NCBI GenBank assembly: GCA_010909165.1
Contig: MU008165.1
Span: 496,001 to 560,000, forward strand
Direction of reading: 5' to 3'
DNA: 64,000 nucleotides
DNA from: Anthoceros angustus
Taxonomy: Eukaryota; Plantae; Anthocerotophyta
Shown: piece by piece, positions 1-11,178 of the stretch
Layout: the number at the start of each line of letters is the position of its first letter
Numbering within the stretch: the first letter of the stretch is position 1
The notes under the pieces: generated by a model
Seen by the model: only the letters and a program-made list of their open reading frames with translations
Databases searched by the model: none
What the model was told of the DNA's origin: nothing
Program-made: the position numbers and the translations under genes

Positions 1-727
1 GTATGCTAAGTGCGGTAGCATTGCTGATGCTCGGCAAGTCTTCAATACTATGCGGAAGCATGACGTGGTGACATGGAATTCCATGATCAAGGGATATGCA
101 CTCCATGGACTTCACCAGGAGGCCTTTGCCATTTTCCAGCAAATGGCAGACGAGAATGTAAAACCAGATGGTCTCACCTTTGTCAGCATCCTGAACGCCT
201 GCTCTGCTGCGACCACTGTCAAAGAGGGCAGGGTTGTGCATTCCTACTTGTACAAAACAGGGTTCGAGGCCGACGCCTTCGTCTGGAATGCCCTCATCGA
301 CATGTATGCAAAATGTGGGAGCATGGAGGAGGCGCGTGACGTGTTTGAGAAGATGGGCAGGCGAGATGTTGTGTCCTGGAACACTCTGATGGCAGGTTAT
401 GCTCAAAATGGCCAACCTAGAACTTCACTAACACTATTTCACAGAATGCTAAAAGAAGGGGTGCTACCGAGTGCCATCACCTTCACCTGCGTTCTTCACG
501 CCTGTGCCAGCCTCTCAACCCTGGAGGAGGGAAAGGAGATTCACGATCTGCTAATAAAATCTGGCTTTGACAACGATATGACTGTCAGAAATGCTCTTGT
601 GCACATGTATGTGAGGTGCGGGTCCCTCGACAATGCTGGCAGTGTGCTACACAACGGCCGTGAGTTCCCACCGAGCTGCCTAGACGCCAAGTTTTGGGTG
701 AAGAAGGGTTACCATGTCCCCAGCTAG
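1..727 (+). CDS. PLS-class PPR protein, 3' part (gene begins before the window); ends after an S motif with no E/DYW domain
   Basis: P-L-S motifs (DVVTWNSMIKGYALHG; TFVSILNACS; ALIDMYAKCGSMEEARDVF); frame open from the window edge to TAG at 725-727. Confidence 0.9.
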   Translation, partial: YAKCGSIADARQVFNTMRKHDVVTWNSMIKGYALHGLHQEAFAIFQQMADENVKPDGLTFVSILNACSAATTVKEGRVVHSYLYKTGFEADAFVWNALIDMYAKCGSMEEARDVFEKMGRRDVVSWNTLMAGYAQNGQPRTSLTLFHRMLKEGVLPSAITFTCVLHACASLSTLEEGKEIHDLLIKSGFDNDMTVRNALVHMYVRCGSLDNAGSVLHNGREFPPSCLDAKFWVKKGYHVPS

Positions 728-1178
728 CTCTCTTTTATCAGGACTATGGTCTGGAATGCCCTGAATCTCGGAGCATGGGAACCGCCAGACCTTTGCTTTT
801 CTGCCTTGCTTGTACATATCTACATACCTGCTGAACTTCCTGAGCCCATCTCTCCGAAATTTGTTTATTCTGCTGTTTGTTGATCTTAATCAAGACAAGA
901 AATCCAATTCTTTTACCACGACATTTGTATCTCTTGCTACATGCATTGTTGGAATACATGCAATGTTTCGATCTTGGTTAGTTGTTCTTTCAACAATGGG
1001 GACAAGCTGCATTCTGATGTCAGGAGAACAACAGGAGAGCAACAAGAAGTGCAACTGACGGAACGCGGGTTGCGGGGAAACGTGTCCAGATCCACGTCAG
1101 GAAGCCGCTGGCAGTTGTGGTGCTTGGTATGCTACAGGCGGGACAGAAAAGGACCGGACGGGGGGTGCTGTAGATGCG

Positions 1179-4100
1179 ATGCTGGGCCTGCGCGCAGCGC
1201 AAGTCGTGAACTCCAACCACCACCATCTGCTGCTGCAGCAGCTCCATCGCTACCGCTACCTGCGTTTGCAGCAGCTCCACCTGCCGCACCTCCACTGTCG
1301 TCCGTCCACTTTCTTGCACCAGCCCGGTCGGAGTCGGAGTCGAAGCGGGAGCCGGTATGCCATGTGTTCTTTCCCGCTTTGGACTATAATTTGCGTCCGT
1401 GAAGCTAGCTGGTGTAATGTGTAATCGCCGCCTTGTGGTCTCGGCAGCGGCCGCATTTCTCAGAATCAGCAAGATTGCCCGCACCTCACCAGGCTCGGCT
1501 CCCGCACCGGCACAGAACTTCTTAAGCTGAATAGCGCGCGGGAATTGCAGCGTCGTCCTGGAATTCGATTCTTCTTCGTATTCAGAGCTATGGCGGAGTC
1601 AGGGGAAGGCGACAAGGCTGCTGCAGGCTCCGCTGCTCACAAACACACCAACCGGCTGATTAAGGAGCAGAGTCCCTACTTACTGCAGCATGCACACAAT
1701 CCGGTAGGCTAATTTTCAAGCCTGCGCAATCTTGGAGCAGGATGAAGGCGTATCTGCGGGTGTGTGTACTTGTCTTGTGTTCAGTGGAGTCCTATCTTTC
1801 CTTGCCTACAGGTGGACTGGTATCCGTGGGGGGAAGAAGCATTTTTGAAAGCGCGTGCAGAGGATAAACCTATCTTCTTATCAGGTCTTCACCGCACTGG
1901 ACTCCTTTGTCTCCTCGTCTAGACATCTCCTTTGTCTCTCTGGTTTATAAGCTTGTGACAGTGCTGAACCATGCAATTCTGTACGCCATCCTGTTTTTTT
2001 TTTGGTCAGGAAGTTTGAAGACTTGTAGAACGGGCCATGCAGATATTGGCGTGCTTGTGTTTTTCTACAAAAGTTGGTCTTTGCTGTGGAACTTGTATCT
2101 TCTGACCCCCTTCTGTGATGCACATCACATGTCTTTGACATCCTGTCCTGGCCTAAAGTTGGATACAGCACGTGTCACTGGTAAGTGAGCTCTGTACAGG
2201 ATGAACCTTGGATGTTTCCTGACTGTTTTCATGGACTCTTGGAAGCTTAGCGCCCTTTTACCAACCTCTTCTTGGTAAAGGAGCTCCATCACATGAGCAT
2301 GCTTTAACCATTGTGTAACCCCTTTGCGCTCAAAGGTGCCATGTTATGGAAGTTGAGAGCTTTGAGAATGAAGAAGTTGCCAAGCTCATGAATGACTGGT
2401 TTGTGAACATCAAGGTTTGTCAACAGTCTCTTTCTCGAAGTTTCTGTGCCTCTGGTTACCGGAATGCTATTACTAGATAGTGGTGGTCCAGTGAGTTAGT
2501 TTGTTAATACAAACTACCCACTTGATTGTGGCTCATTTCAGTTGTTGTGTTCTACAGGTGGATAGAGAGGAGAGACCAGATGTGGACAAGGTTTGGAGAA
2601 ACACTGCTATTTGTGTGATTGTTTAGGGGGGTTTATTTGTGCTCAAGTGCTACCACAAACCTTAGAGGGACATCATCCCTGGCCAGGATGGGGCTGCTTC
2701 TGGTCTGTCAGATGCTTCTAAATTATGTAGTCTGCAACGAGAGTTTGCCATTTGTAAGATGAGTTGCTGTTGTTAGGTCTACATGACATATGTCCAGGCG
2801 ACACAAGGAGGAGGTGGTTGGCCTATGAGCGTCTTTCTGACACCTGAATTGAAGCCCATTGTTGGAGGAACATATTTTCCACCTGATGACAAATATGGCC
2901 GGCCTGGAATTAAGACCATTTTAAAGTATGTCATTGCAGCACAAACTCAAATTGCTTTGCTTAGGAGTGTTTGAGTTTTCTGTGTGTTTTAAAGACCTCT
3001 CTTGTTTTATTTTCAGGAGAGTGAAGGAAGCATGGGACCAGGCAAGGGACTCTCTCCGGGAGACAGGAGATCAGGTTATCCAGCACTTGGCTGGTGCAAC
3101 AGCTACACGAGGCTCAACCTCGGAGTTGTCAGAGGGGTCAACGCTGCAGGCTGTTCAGCTGTGTGTTCAACAGGTTGGAAACACCTCCTGTACACCCTAA
3201 AAGTTCCACTTTCTACTGGCGAGGGAGTAACAAGATTGAGTGAATCCCTGTTGGCCAAATGTAGCTGGCGAAAGACTTCGACTCCAAGTTGGGTGGATTC
3301 GGAGGACCACCGAAATTTCCAAGACCTGTGGAGCTGATAGCAGTTCTGCAACATTATAGGCATTTGGGACAGTCTGGGAAAGAGGGAGCTGCAGCCAAGG
3401 TTCTCGAAATGGCCCTGTTTACTATGCGGAGCATGGCCAATGGAGGAATACATGATCATGTGGGAGGTGGTTTTCATCGATACAGTGTTGACGAGTACTG
3501 GCATGGTCAGTGTGAAGTGCAGACCTTTGCTGTAGACTGCATCACTTTGGACATCTTGGTAGTCAAATTTTACCATTGTTGTCTATTGATAGATGGGCCT
3601 GTTGTTCCTGCAGTGCCACATTTCGAGAAGATGCTGTATGATCAAGGGCAACTTGTGAATGTGTTCCTAGATGCGTTTGCAATCACCAGAGACATCCAGT
3701 ATGCATCTTCTGCTCGTGACGTGCTGGAATATATAAAGAGAGACATGACTGATCCCGAGGGTGGTATTTACTCAGCAGAGGATGCTGATAGTGCCGAGTC
3801 TGCTGGTGCGACCAGGAAGAAGGAAGGTGCATTTTATGTCTGGACTCGACAGGAGGTGTGCAGTTGCTGGTGGCCCTTTCTTGTACTGTCAAATTACCAT
3901 GTCAAGTGCATGCTGACCGTTTTTAATATTATATCTGGCATGTGCTTGGCTAGATTGAGTCGATTCTCGGAGAGGAGAGAGCAAAAATTTTCTGCGCGCA
4001 CTACTATGTAAAACCTGGTGGAAATTGCGACCTTTCTCGTATAAGTGACCCACACAGAGAATTTGCTGGAAAAAATGTGTTGATACAACGGCAGAGTTTA

Positions 4101-5685
4101 GCAGAGACAGCCACTAAGTTTGGCAAATCTGCGGAGGAGGTTGCTGAACTTCTGGGGTCCTGCCGACGCGACCTGCATGCAAGGAGGGGTGCTCGTCCTC
4201 GTCCCCTTCTGGACGATAAGGTGTTTGTTTGAATTGCACCAGTCAGCCATACCTTTGTGCTGCTTGTGCTCTGACCATTTCCTTTGGGTGGCCCATGTTT
4301 TAGGTCATTGTCGCATGGAATGGGCTTACCATCTCAGCATTTGCTCGGGCATCCAAAGTCCTAGCGACAGAACCAAATGACGCTCAATTCTATTTTCCTG
4401 TAACTCAGCGGAAGGTGGGCAGGAAATGCTTTCTATTGGGGCTTTTGCCCCAGCACCTCTCCTCCCCTATTCCCATGTGCTTATGTTCTGATTCTGCATT
4501 CCAGGCCCAGGATTACCTTGCAGATGCTTTGAAAGCTGCCACGTACATAAAGAAAAAGTTGTACGATGGTGAAACGGGCAGACTGAGACGGAGCTTTCGA
4601 GTACAACAGTCAGCAGCCCCTGGATTTCTTGAGGACTACGCCTTCCTCATTGCTGGTCTGCTGGACTTGTACGAAGCAGGTGGAGGTGCTTCATCGCTCT
4701 GCTGGGCCATAGAACTACAGAAGAAGCAGGTGCCAACAACCGGAAGCTGCAAGTCATGTACAAGATGAGCCTGTTGTTACTTCAGAACAGGCCTGTCCGA
4801 AACGTCTTCACCTGTTACATCATATCTCTATGTTGTTTCTCGTGCAGGATGAGCTTTTTTGGGATTCATCTGGTGGAGGATATTATAGTACTTCGGGTGA
4901 TGATCCATCCATATTGTTCAAGGTAAAGGAGGACTATGATGGCGCAGAGCCGTCGGGCAATTCTGTGGCAGCCATAAATCTCCTCCGGCTATCGGCTTTT
5001 TCAAGTGGCGATCAGTCAGACCAGTATCGACGACGAACAGAACGTCTACTGGTGAGGCTACCCGTCTGACCAGTGGTTGAGCTCAAAGAATGTTCGCAAT
5101 TATTTTGTCATGGTCATCCATGGGCTTCTTCTTCACGGTGATTCGGTGGTTTGGCAGGCCGTGCTTGAGTCTCGAATTCGGGATGTAGCAGTGGCTGTCC
5201 CACTTCTGTCTTCTGCTTTCGACTCCTTTCATACAGCTTCCAAGCGGCAAATTATTATATCTGGACAGAGACTTGCGGACAACACATCGGCTCTTCTCGC
5301 AGTCGCCCACTCGCTTTACGATCCTGAGAAGACGGTATGTTGCTACCAGTTGCAGCTGTCAGGCTGACTAGACCTTGCACACTAAATGTACGTCGAAACC
5401 TCCGTCCTTCGTTCTGATGGTGTCCTTGGTTCTGATGGTGTCCAGATTATACAAATTGATCCCAACGATCCAGACGATGTTGCAACCTGGGGTAAGATCA
5501 ATCCGACTGCTTTGGCAATGGCACAGAATGGCCGGAAAGACACTGCCGTTGCCTACGTATGTCAGAATTTCTCCTGCAAGGCCCCAACCAGCGATCCTGA
5601 GGCGCTTGAGCGAATTTTGAGACAACCCATAAGTGGCCCGGAAATCACAACTTTCAACCTTGCCAGCAGTGGCTTGTCCAAATGA
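1179..5685 (+). CDS. SPATA20: SPATA20/SSP411/YyaL-like protein (thioredoxin-like domain + alpha/alpha toroid), multi-exon, with N-terminal presequence exon
   Basis: Spliced motifs [101 protein letters not shown]. Exon 1 (1179-1354) joins in phase to exon 2 from 1448; second in-frame ATG at 1590; stop at 5685. Confidence 0.9.
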
Positions 5686-6188
5686 GTAGGTAGTTTGAAG
5701 GATCTAATCGTTGCCACGGATGTATAAACATCGTAGTTCTTAGTAGGTAGCGTGTAGCGCTCGATCCCTGTATGGGCGAATTCCACCCGTACGTCTATAG
5801 GCTATAGCTATGCGAATTCCCTATCTAATAAGTTATCGAAGTCCCATTCCGAGTGAAGTGTATGCAATATCTGGTGTCTCCACTAACGCGCCAAGAGCGA
5901 GACAGATGGGAGCGTTCGAGTCTCCTGCTTTGGCTGGATGTGCGAAAAATAAGAACGAGCAGCTCGATTTTGCCCACAGACCTGTATAGGTAACGGCCAC
6001 CCCTTAGGCAGGGGGCATCAGCCATGACCTTCTTTACATTAAGTTCTTACAAATGCCAGGAGCAATCCAGGTACACATTAATATTGCCGAGTGCTAGTCA
6101 GGGGCGGAAGCTAAAGGCAGCGTCGACGTCGAAGGTGGCCACAGCGCTGCTGCTGCTGGCCTCGATATTACAGTTGCCACACAGGACG

Positions 6189-6563
6189 ATGTCGCGGGGA
6201 AAGAAAACAAACAAATTGCTGCAAAACCAACCCCTGGTTTCAGATGCGCATCTGGAGCTGCCACCCTACCAGTTCACCATGCAGAAGGACGGCAACCTGC
6301 TGCTCTACCACGGCATGCAGCCGCTATGGTCTTCCAACACCACAGACACTACTGTCGAGTATTGCTACTTCATCCTACAGGGGGATGGCAATGGCGTAAA
6401 CTACAACTCATTTGAACAGCCGGTTTTCGCCACCGACACCTGGAGTCGCAACGATGGCCAGCTTGCCATCGTCCTGCAGAGCGATGGAAACGTGGTTATG
6501 ACCAAAGCCAAGGTGACACTCTGGGAAACCTGTACCGCCGGACGACCGCGAGGGCTGGGATAG
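6189..6563 (+). CDS. GNA-type (B-type/bulb) mannose-binding lectin, intronless
   Basis: Three QxDxNxVxY-like sites (MQKDGNLLLY, LQGDGNGVNY, LQSDGNVVMT) plus LWSSNT; probable start ATG at 6189 (ORF is open from 6024). Confidence 0.8.
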   Translation: MSRGKKTNKLLQNQPLVSDAHLELPPYQFTMQKDGNLLLYHGMQPLWSSNTTDTTVEYCYFILQGDGNGVNYNSFEQPVFATDTWSRNDGQLAIVLQSDGNVVMTKAKVTLWETCTAGRPRGLG

Positions 6564-6959
6564 CTACGTACCTGGACCTCAAATTCTCAGCACTAGTTGT
6601 CTTCGAATCTAAAATACAAAGAGTTCGTGAGTTTAGGGTTTTACAGTTCAGATATTGTACATACAGCATCGCAGTGCTCTGTCGGAGGAACACAGGTCTC
6701 GCAAACGGCGCCCAGCTGGTCTGCCAAACTCGAAGTCTCCCTTCCAGCATTCCCTTTGCGATGTTGTTCTTAATCCAACATGCAGCGACTAGAGGCTCTG
6801 GAGAGAATATCAAACACAAGATAAGCCAGAAACTCCTAAAGGATTTGTGAAGATACTTCATGTGGTTGTATGAACCCTCACCAAATGAATGAAGTAACAA
6901 CAATTAAGCCCGGCTATGGGCACGAGTGATTCCAAAGCCTGGTGCACTGAATTGCATTG

Positions 6960-7180
6960 CATAACTTCACCAGACAGTAGCAATACCTTCACCAAAAATG
7001 ACGAAGTGACGGCTCCCCATTTGGCTTTCGAGATAAGAGAGCTGAGGGTCCGAGGAGGCTTTGGGCCTGCGGGAGCACTGTCATATGTCAACCCCGCACC
7101 GGTGAAAGGGTGTGGCATTGCCTTTGGGGAGAGCGGCTAGCATTTACTTCGTGAGTATATTTAACCTGTTGCTTATTAGT
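6960..7180 (-). pseudogene. Decayed DYW-domain remnant downstream of the PPR stop codon
   Basis: Fragments in shifted frames (SPKGN, SSLISKAK, SRHFVIFGEG, CYC) fall in the same order as the DYW C-terminal consensus TPEGT...SLISKIE...SRFHVFKDGxCSC. Confidence 0.45.
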
Positions 7181-7181
7181 T

Positions 7182-10100
7182 TCATCCTCCATTGTAGGAG
7201 ATGCAGGATATGAACTTTGCATCTGTCTTGAGATGTTTGCTAACTCCAACCAAGAAGGTATGAACCAAGCCGTCCATGTCTGTCCACCAGCTCTGACCCG
7301 GCTGCTTCCATGCCCTCATGCGCATTCTCCTAACCTGCATTTCGTGTGCCTGCTCCCAATTGTGGGTACTAGTGTATATGTTCAACATCAACACATATGC
7401 AGCGGCATTGTTCTTGTCTAGCTTCACTGCTTGGTCGAACGCATGACGTCCCACCTCCATGTTGCTCCACTTTTGACAAGCACCCAACAGTGTGTACCAG
7501 ACTGCCACGTCAGGTAGTACAGGCATTGCCTTTACTAAAGCTAGTGCCTCCTCCAGTCGGCCAGCACGGCCCAGAAGATCCACCATGCACGTGTAGTGCT
7601 CCACCGTCGGGGTGATGCTGTAGTGTCTGCTCATAGCCTCAAATGACTCTTGCCCCTTCTCCACTAGACCTGCATGGCTGCATACAGTCAGCACACTAAG
7701 GAGTGTGATGCCATCTGGCTGAATGCCATCTTTTTTCATACTGGAAATCAAGGTAAAGACCGCTTCACTGTCTCCTTGGTGGCTGTATCCTGCAATCAGT
7801 GCATTCTGGGTGACCAGGTTTCGTCGACTTTCAGGCAATGCCTCAAATACCTGCCATGCATCAACCATGCTCCCACACTTTCCATACATGTTTATCAAGC
7901 TGCAAGCCACAACCTCATCGGCTTGAAGTCCTTGTTCTTCAATCTGTGCATGTAGTTGCCGTCCAACGTGTAGGGCTGCCACATTTGCACATGCCTGCAG
8001 GAGGCACACAAATGTGATGGAATCAGGTGCAGCGATGCCTTCTTCTTGCAGAGCACCATAAAGGCGAAAGGCTTCCTGGCCCATACCCTGCTGGGAATAC
8101 CCTGCTATGATGGCATTCCACGTCACAATATCTTTGTGACCAAGTCTGTCAAAGAGTCTCTGAGCATCCTCTAGGCTGCCACACTTTGCATACATGTTTA
8201 CCAAACTGTTGCCAACATCCATTTCAGCTTGATAGCCTCTTTCCCTGACTTGCACATGAAGATCCTTTCCCTGCTCCAACCCCGTAGTGCCCAGGCTTGC
8301 ACATGCCTGCAGGAGGGACACAAATGTCACGGAATCTGGTACAGCAGTGGCATCTTCTTGCATGACACTGTAGAGACGAAGGGATTCTTTGCCTGTGCCC
8401 TGCTGGGAGTAGCCTGCTATCATGGCATTCCATGTCACCACATCTTTTTCACCCAGTCCGTTGAACACTCTTCGAGCCTCTTCCAAGCTGCCACACTTTG
8501 CATACATGTAGACCAAGCTATTGGCAACCACCATGTCAGCTTCGTGCCCCCATTCTTTAATTTGCACATGAATCTGCCTCCCCTTTTCCAGAGCTGGAGT
8601 GCCCACACTTGCACAAGCCTGCAGAAGGGACGCAAATGTCACAGGGTCAGGTGCAACTAGGCCATCTTGTCGCATAGCACTATAAAGACCAAGGGCTTCC
8701 TGACCCATGCCCCGCTGGGCATACCCTGCTATCAAAGCACTCCACGTCACCACATCTTTTTCGCGAAGTCCATCAAACACTTTCTGAGCATCCTCTAGGC
8801 TTCCACACTTTGCGTACATGTTTACCAAACTGTTAGCTACCAACATATCAGCTTGATGTCCTGCCCCAGTAATTTCCGAATGAAGCTGCTTACCCTTCTC
8901 CAAAGATGGCCAACCCACATTTGCACATGCCTGAAGGAGGCACACAAATGTGATAACGTCCTGCACAGCGACGCCTTCTGCTTGCATGATACTGTGAAGA
9001 TCAAGGGCTTCCTGCCCCAAACCCTGCTGAGAATATCCTGCTATCATGGCACGCCACGATAAAGCATCTCTTACACTAAGTCCATCAAACACACTCCGGG
9101 CACCTTCCAAGCTGCCGCATTTCGCATACATGTTTATTAATCCGTTGGCTACAAGCACATTCTCAAGAAGCCTTTGTCCACTAATTTGTTCGTGAAGCTG
9201 TTTCCCCTTGTCGAGGGCCTGGACCCCCACACTTGCACATGCCTGCAGGAGACATAGAAATGTCAGAGAATTGGGTGCAATAAAGCCTTCGTCACACATA
9301 ATACTGTAGAGATGAAGGGCTTCCTGCCCCATGCCCTCTTGGGAATATCCTGCTATCATGGCACTCCACGTCACCACATTTTTTTGACCAAGTCCATCAA
9401 ACACGCCCCGTGCATCCTCTATGCTGCCGCACTTTGCATACATGTTCACCAAACTGTTAGATACAAACATGTCAGCTTCAAGTCCCTGTTCTCTAATTTG
9501 TGCATGAAGCTGCCTTCCCTTCTCCAAAGCTGAGGTGCCCACACTTGAACATGCATGCAGAAGGGACACAAATGTCACAGCGTTCGGTACAGACATGCCT
9601 TCTTGTTGCATGAGAGTATAGAGACGAAGGGCCTTCTGGCCCATGCCCCCCTGGGAATATCCTGTGATAAGAGCAGTCCAGGTCACCACATCTTTTCTAC
9701 CAAGTCGGTCAAACAATCTCTCAGCTTCCTCTAGGCTGCCACACTTTGCATACATGTTCACCAAACTGTTGGCTACAAACCCATCACCTTGAAGTCCTCG
9801 TTCTCTAAATTCTGCATGAAGCTGCCTGCCTTTCTCCAAAGCAGGGGTGCCTACACATGCACATGCCTGCAAGAGGCACACAAATGTCACCGAATTGGGT
9901 ACAGCCATCCCTTCTTCTTGCATCAAGCTGTAGAGATGAAGAGCTTCTTGCCCCATGCCCTGCTGGGAATATCCTGCAATCATTGCAGTCCAAGACACCA
10001 CATCTTTCTCACAGAGCCCGTCAAACACTCGTTGAGCATCTTCCAAGCTGCCACACTTAGCATACATGTCCACCAAGCAGTTACCGACAAACAAATCACG

Positions 10101-10757
10101 TTCAACCCCACTAGCCACCACATCAGCATGCACCTTCTGCCCAATTTTCAACTGCCCACTCCTTGCACAAGCCTGAAGAGCTGCCACGAACACATGCCCA
10201 TCTGCCTTCACACCTGACCTGCGCATCTGATGATACAGTTCCATAGCCTGCTTGTCGTCCCCATGTGTAGCATGGGCAGAGATGATGGAAGACCACATGA
10301 ACGCATCTGGGGTTCCAACACCGGTGAACACATCCATCGCCTCCTGCAGCCTGCCACGAGAAGCATACATCCGCAGGATGTGGTTGCACAAGAAGGTGTC
10401 GGACTCATACCCCGTCCCCACAGTGAAAGCATGCACACGCCGACCCAAAACAACGTCCTTCTTCACCACACACATCTTCAAAACACCGTAAAACACAGAC
10501 TTAGAAATACAACAGTCCGTCTGCACCGCAATTCCCAAAGCCTCCACAGCCTCTCCGAGTCTCCCCTCCTCACACAGCTTGCTCAATGTCCCAGCAGTCA
10601 CCCCCCTTCCAACACCATCATCCACGGCAGCAATCCTGCTCTTGCCATTCTGACCGGTGTCCCACCAAAGTATTGGGTCGTGAAAAAATCGTGCTCGCTG
10701 TCTAACAACATCTCCTGCCGCCCACCTCCGATGCAGTACCCCTCTGCAGCGACACAT
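7182..10757 (-). CDS. PLS-E PPR protein, WW-type PG box, DYW truncated (9 P motifs)
   Basis: 1191-aa intronless ORF; PLS triplets, E domains (HYTCMVDLLGRAG, AAYVLMLNIY), C-terminal AWKQPGQSWWTDMDGLVHTFLVG followed soon by a stop. Confidence 0.95.
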   Translation of the reverse strand: MCRCRGVLHRRWAAGDVVRQRARFFHDPILWWDTGQNGKSRIAAVDDGVGRGVTAGTLSKLCEEGRLGEAVEALGIAVQTDCCISKSVFYGVLKMCVVKKDVVLGRRVHAFTVGTGYESDTFLCNHILRMYASRGRLQEAMDVFTGVGTPDAFMWSSIISAHATHGDDKQAMELYHQMRRSGVKADGHVFVAALQACARSGQLKIGQKVHADVVASGVERDLFVGNCLVDMYAKCGSLEDAQRVFDGLCEKDVVSWTAMIAGYSQQGMGQEALHLYSLMQEEGMAVPNSVTFVCLLQACACVGTPALEKGRQLHAEFRERGLQGDGFVANSLVNMYAKCGSLEEAERLFDRLGRKDVVTWTALITGYSQGGMGQKALRLYTLMQQEGMSVPNAVTFVSLLHACSSVGTSALEKGRQLHAQIREQGLEADMFVSNSLVNMYAKCGSIEDARGVFDGLGQKNVVTWSAMIAGYSQEGMGQEALHLYSIMCDEGFIAPNSLTFLCLLQACASVGVQALDKGKQLHEQISGQRLLENVLVANGLINMYAKCGSLEGARSVFDGLSVRDALSWRAMIAGYSQQGLGQEALDLHSIMQAEGVAVQDVITFVCLLQACANVGWPSLEKGKQLHSEITGAGHQADMLVANSLVNMYAKCGSLEDAQKVFDGLREKDVVTWSALIAGYAQRGMGQEALGLYSAMRQDGLVAPDPVTFASLLQACASVGTPALEKGRQIHVQIKEWGHEADMVVANSLVYMYAKCGSLEEARRVFNGLGEKDVVTWNAMIAGYSQQGTGKESLRLYSVMQEDATAVPDSVTFVSLLQACASLGTTGLEQGKDLHVQVRERGYQAEMDVGNSLVNMYAKCGSLEDAQRLFDRLGHKDIVTWNAIIAGYSQQGMGQEAFRLYGALQEEGIAAPDSITFVCLLQACANVAALHVGRQLHAQIEEQGLQADEVVACSLINMYGKCGSMVDAWQVFEALPESRRNLVTQNALIAGYSHQGDSEAVFTLISSMKKDGIQPDGITLLSVLTVCSHAGLVEKGQESFEAMSRHYSITPTVEHYTCMVDLLGRAGRLEEALALVKAMPVLPDVAVWYTLLGACQKWSNMEVGRHAFDQAVKLDKNNAAAYVLMLNIYTSTHNWEQAHEMQVRRMRMRAWKQPGQSWWTDMDGLVHTFLVGVSKHLKTDAKFISCISYNGG

Positions 10758-10890
10758 CCTCTTGTACAGGCTACGACATCATCGATTCCCAACATTCCTC
10801 CCACATCGGAAAACCTCGAGGCAAGCATGGCGGGCTTTTGGATGCAAAGGATGCTCCTGTGGGTTTTGCTCCTACACGCTCGTAAAACCT

Positions 10891-10930
10891 CATGCCATGC
10901 CATGCCATGCCATGCTACGCCCATGCCATG
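10891..10930. repeat. (CATGC)n microsatellite in the divergent PPR/SINE intergenic region
   Basis: Five perfect CATGC units plus two more after a short interruption. Confidence 0.85.
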
Positions 10931-11178
10931 AGCTGCCGCTTCTGGGCAGGTTCCCGTTCCGACATCCTCTCTTGCAACGGCTGTTTCTTTCGCAGCTGCA
11001 ACGGTCAAGTGCCGCCCGTTTAAACACCCACACGGAGAAGGCACTGGATTGTCGTTGCATTTTCGCCCACGAGCAGATGGAATGGATTCCTCCTGAGTCC
11101 CTGGGTGTCGTGCTGAGCTTGAGCAGTTGTTGATGGGTTATTCATTCAGTTGCCCATAGCTAGCTAGCTGGGCTAGCC

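Noticed and set aside
10799-10813. TCCCACATCGG, a match to the plant snRNA USE promoter element (weaker match at about 49034)
   Set aside because: No TATA box at the expected spacing and no recognisable snRNA or telomerase-RNA sequence downstream; similar strings occur by chance in coding sequence (11464)
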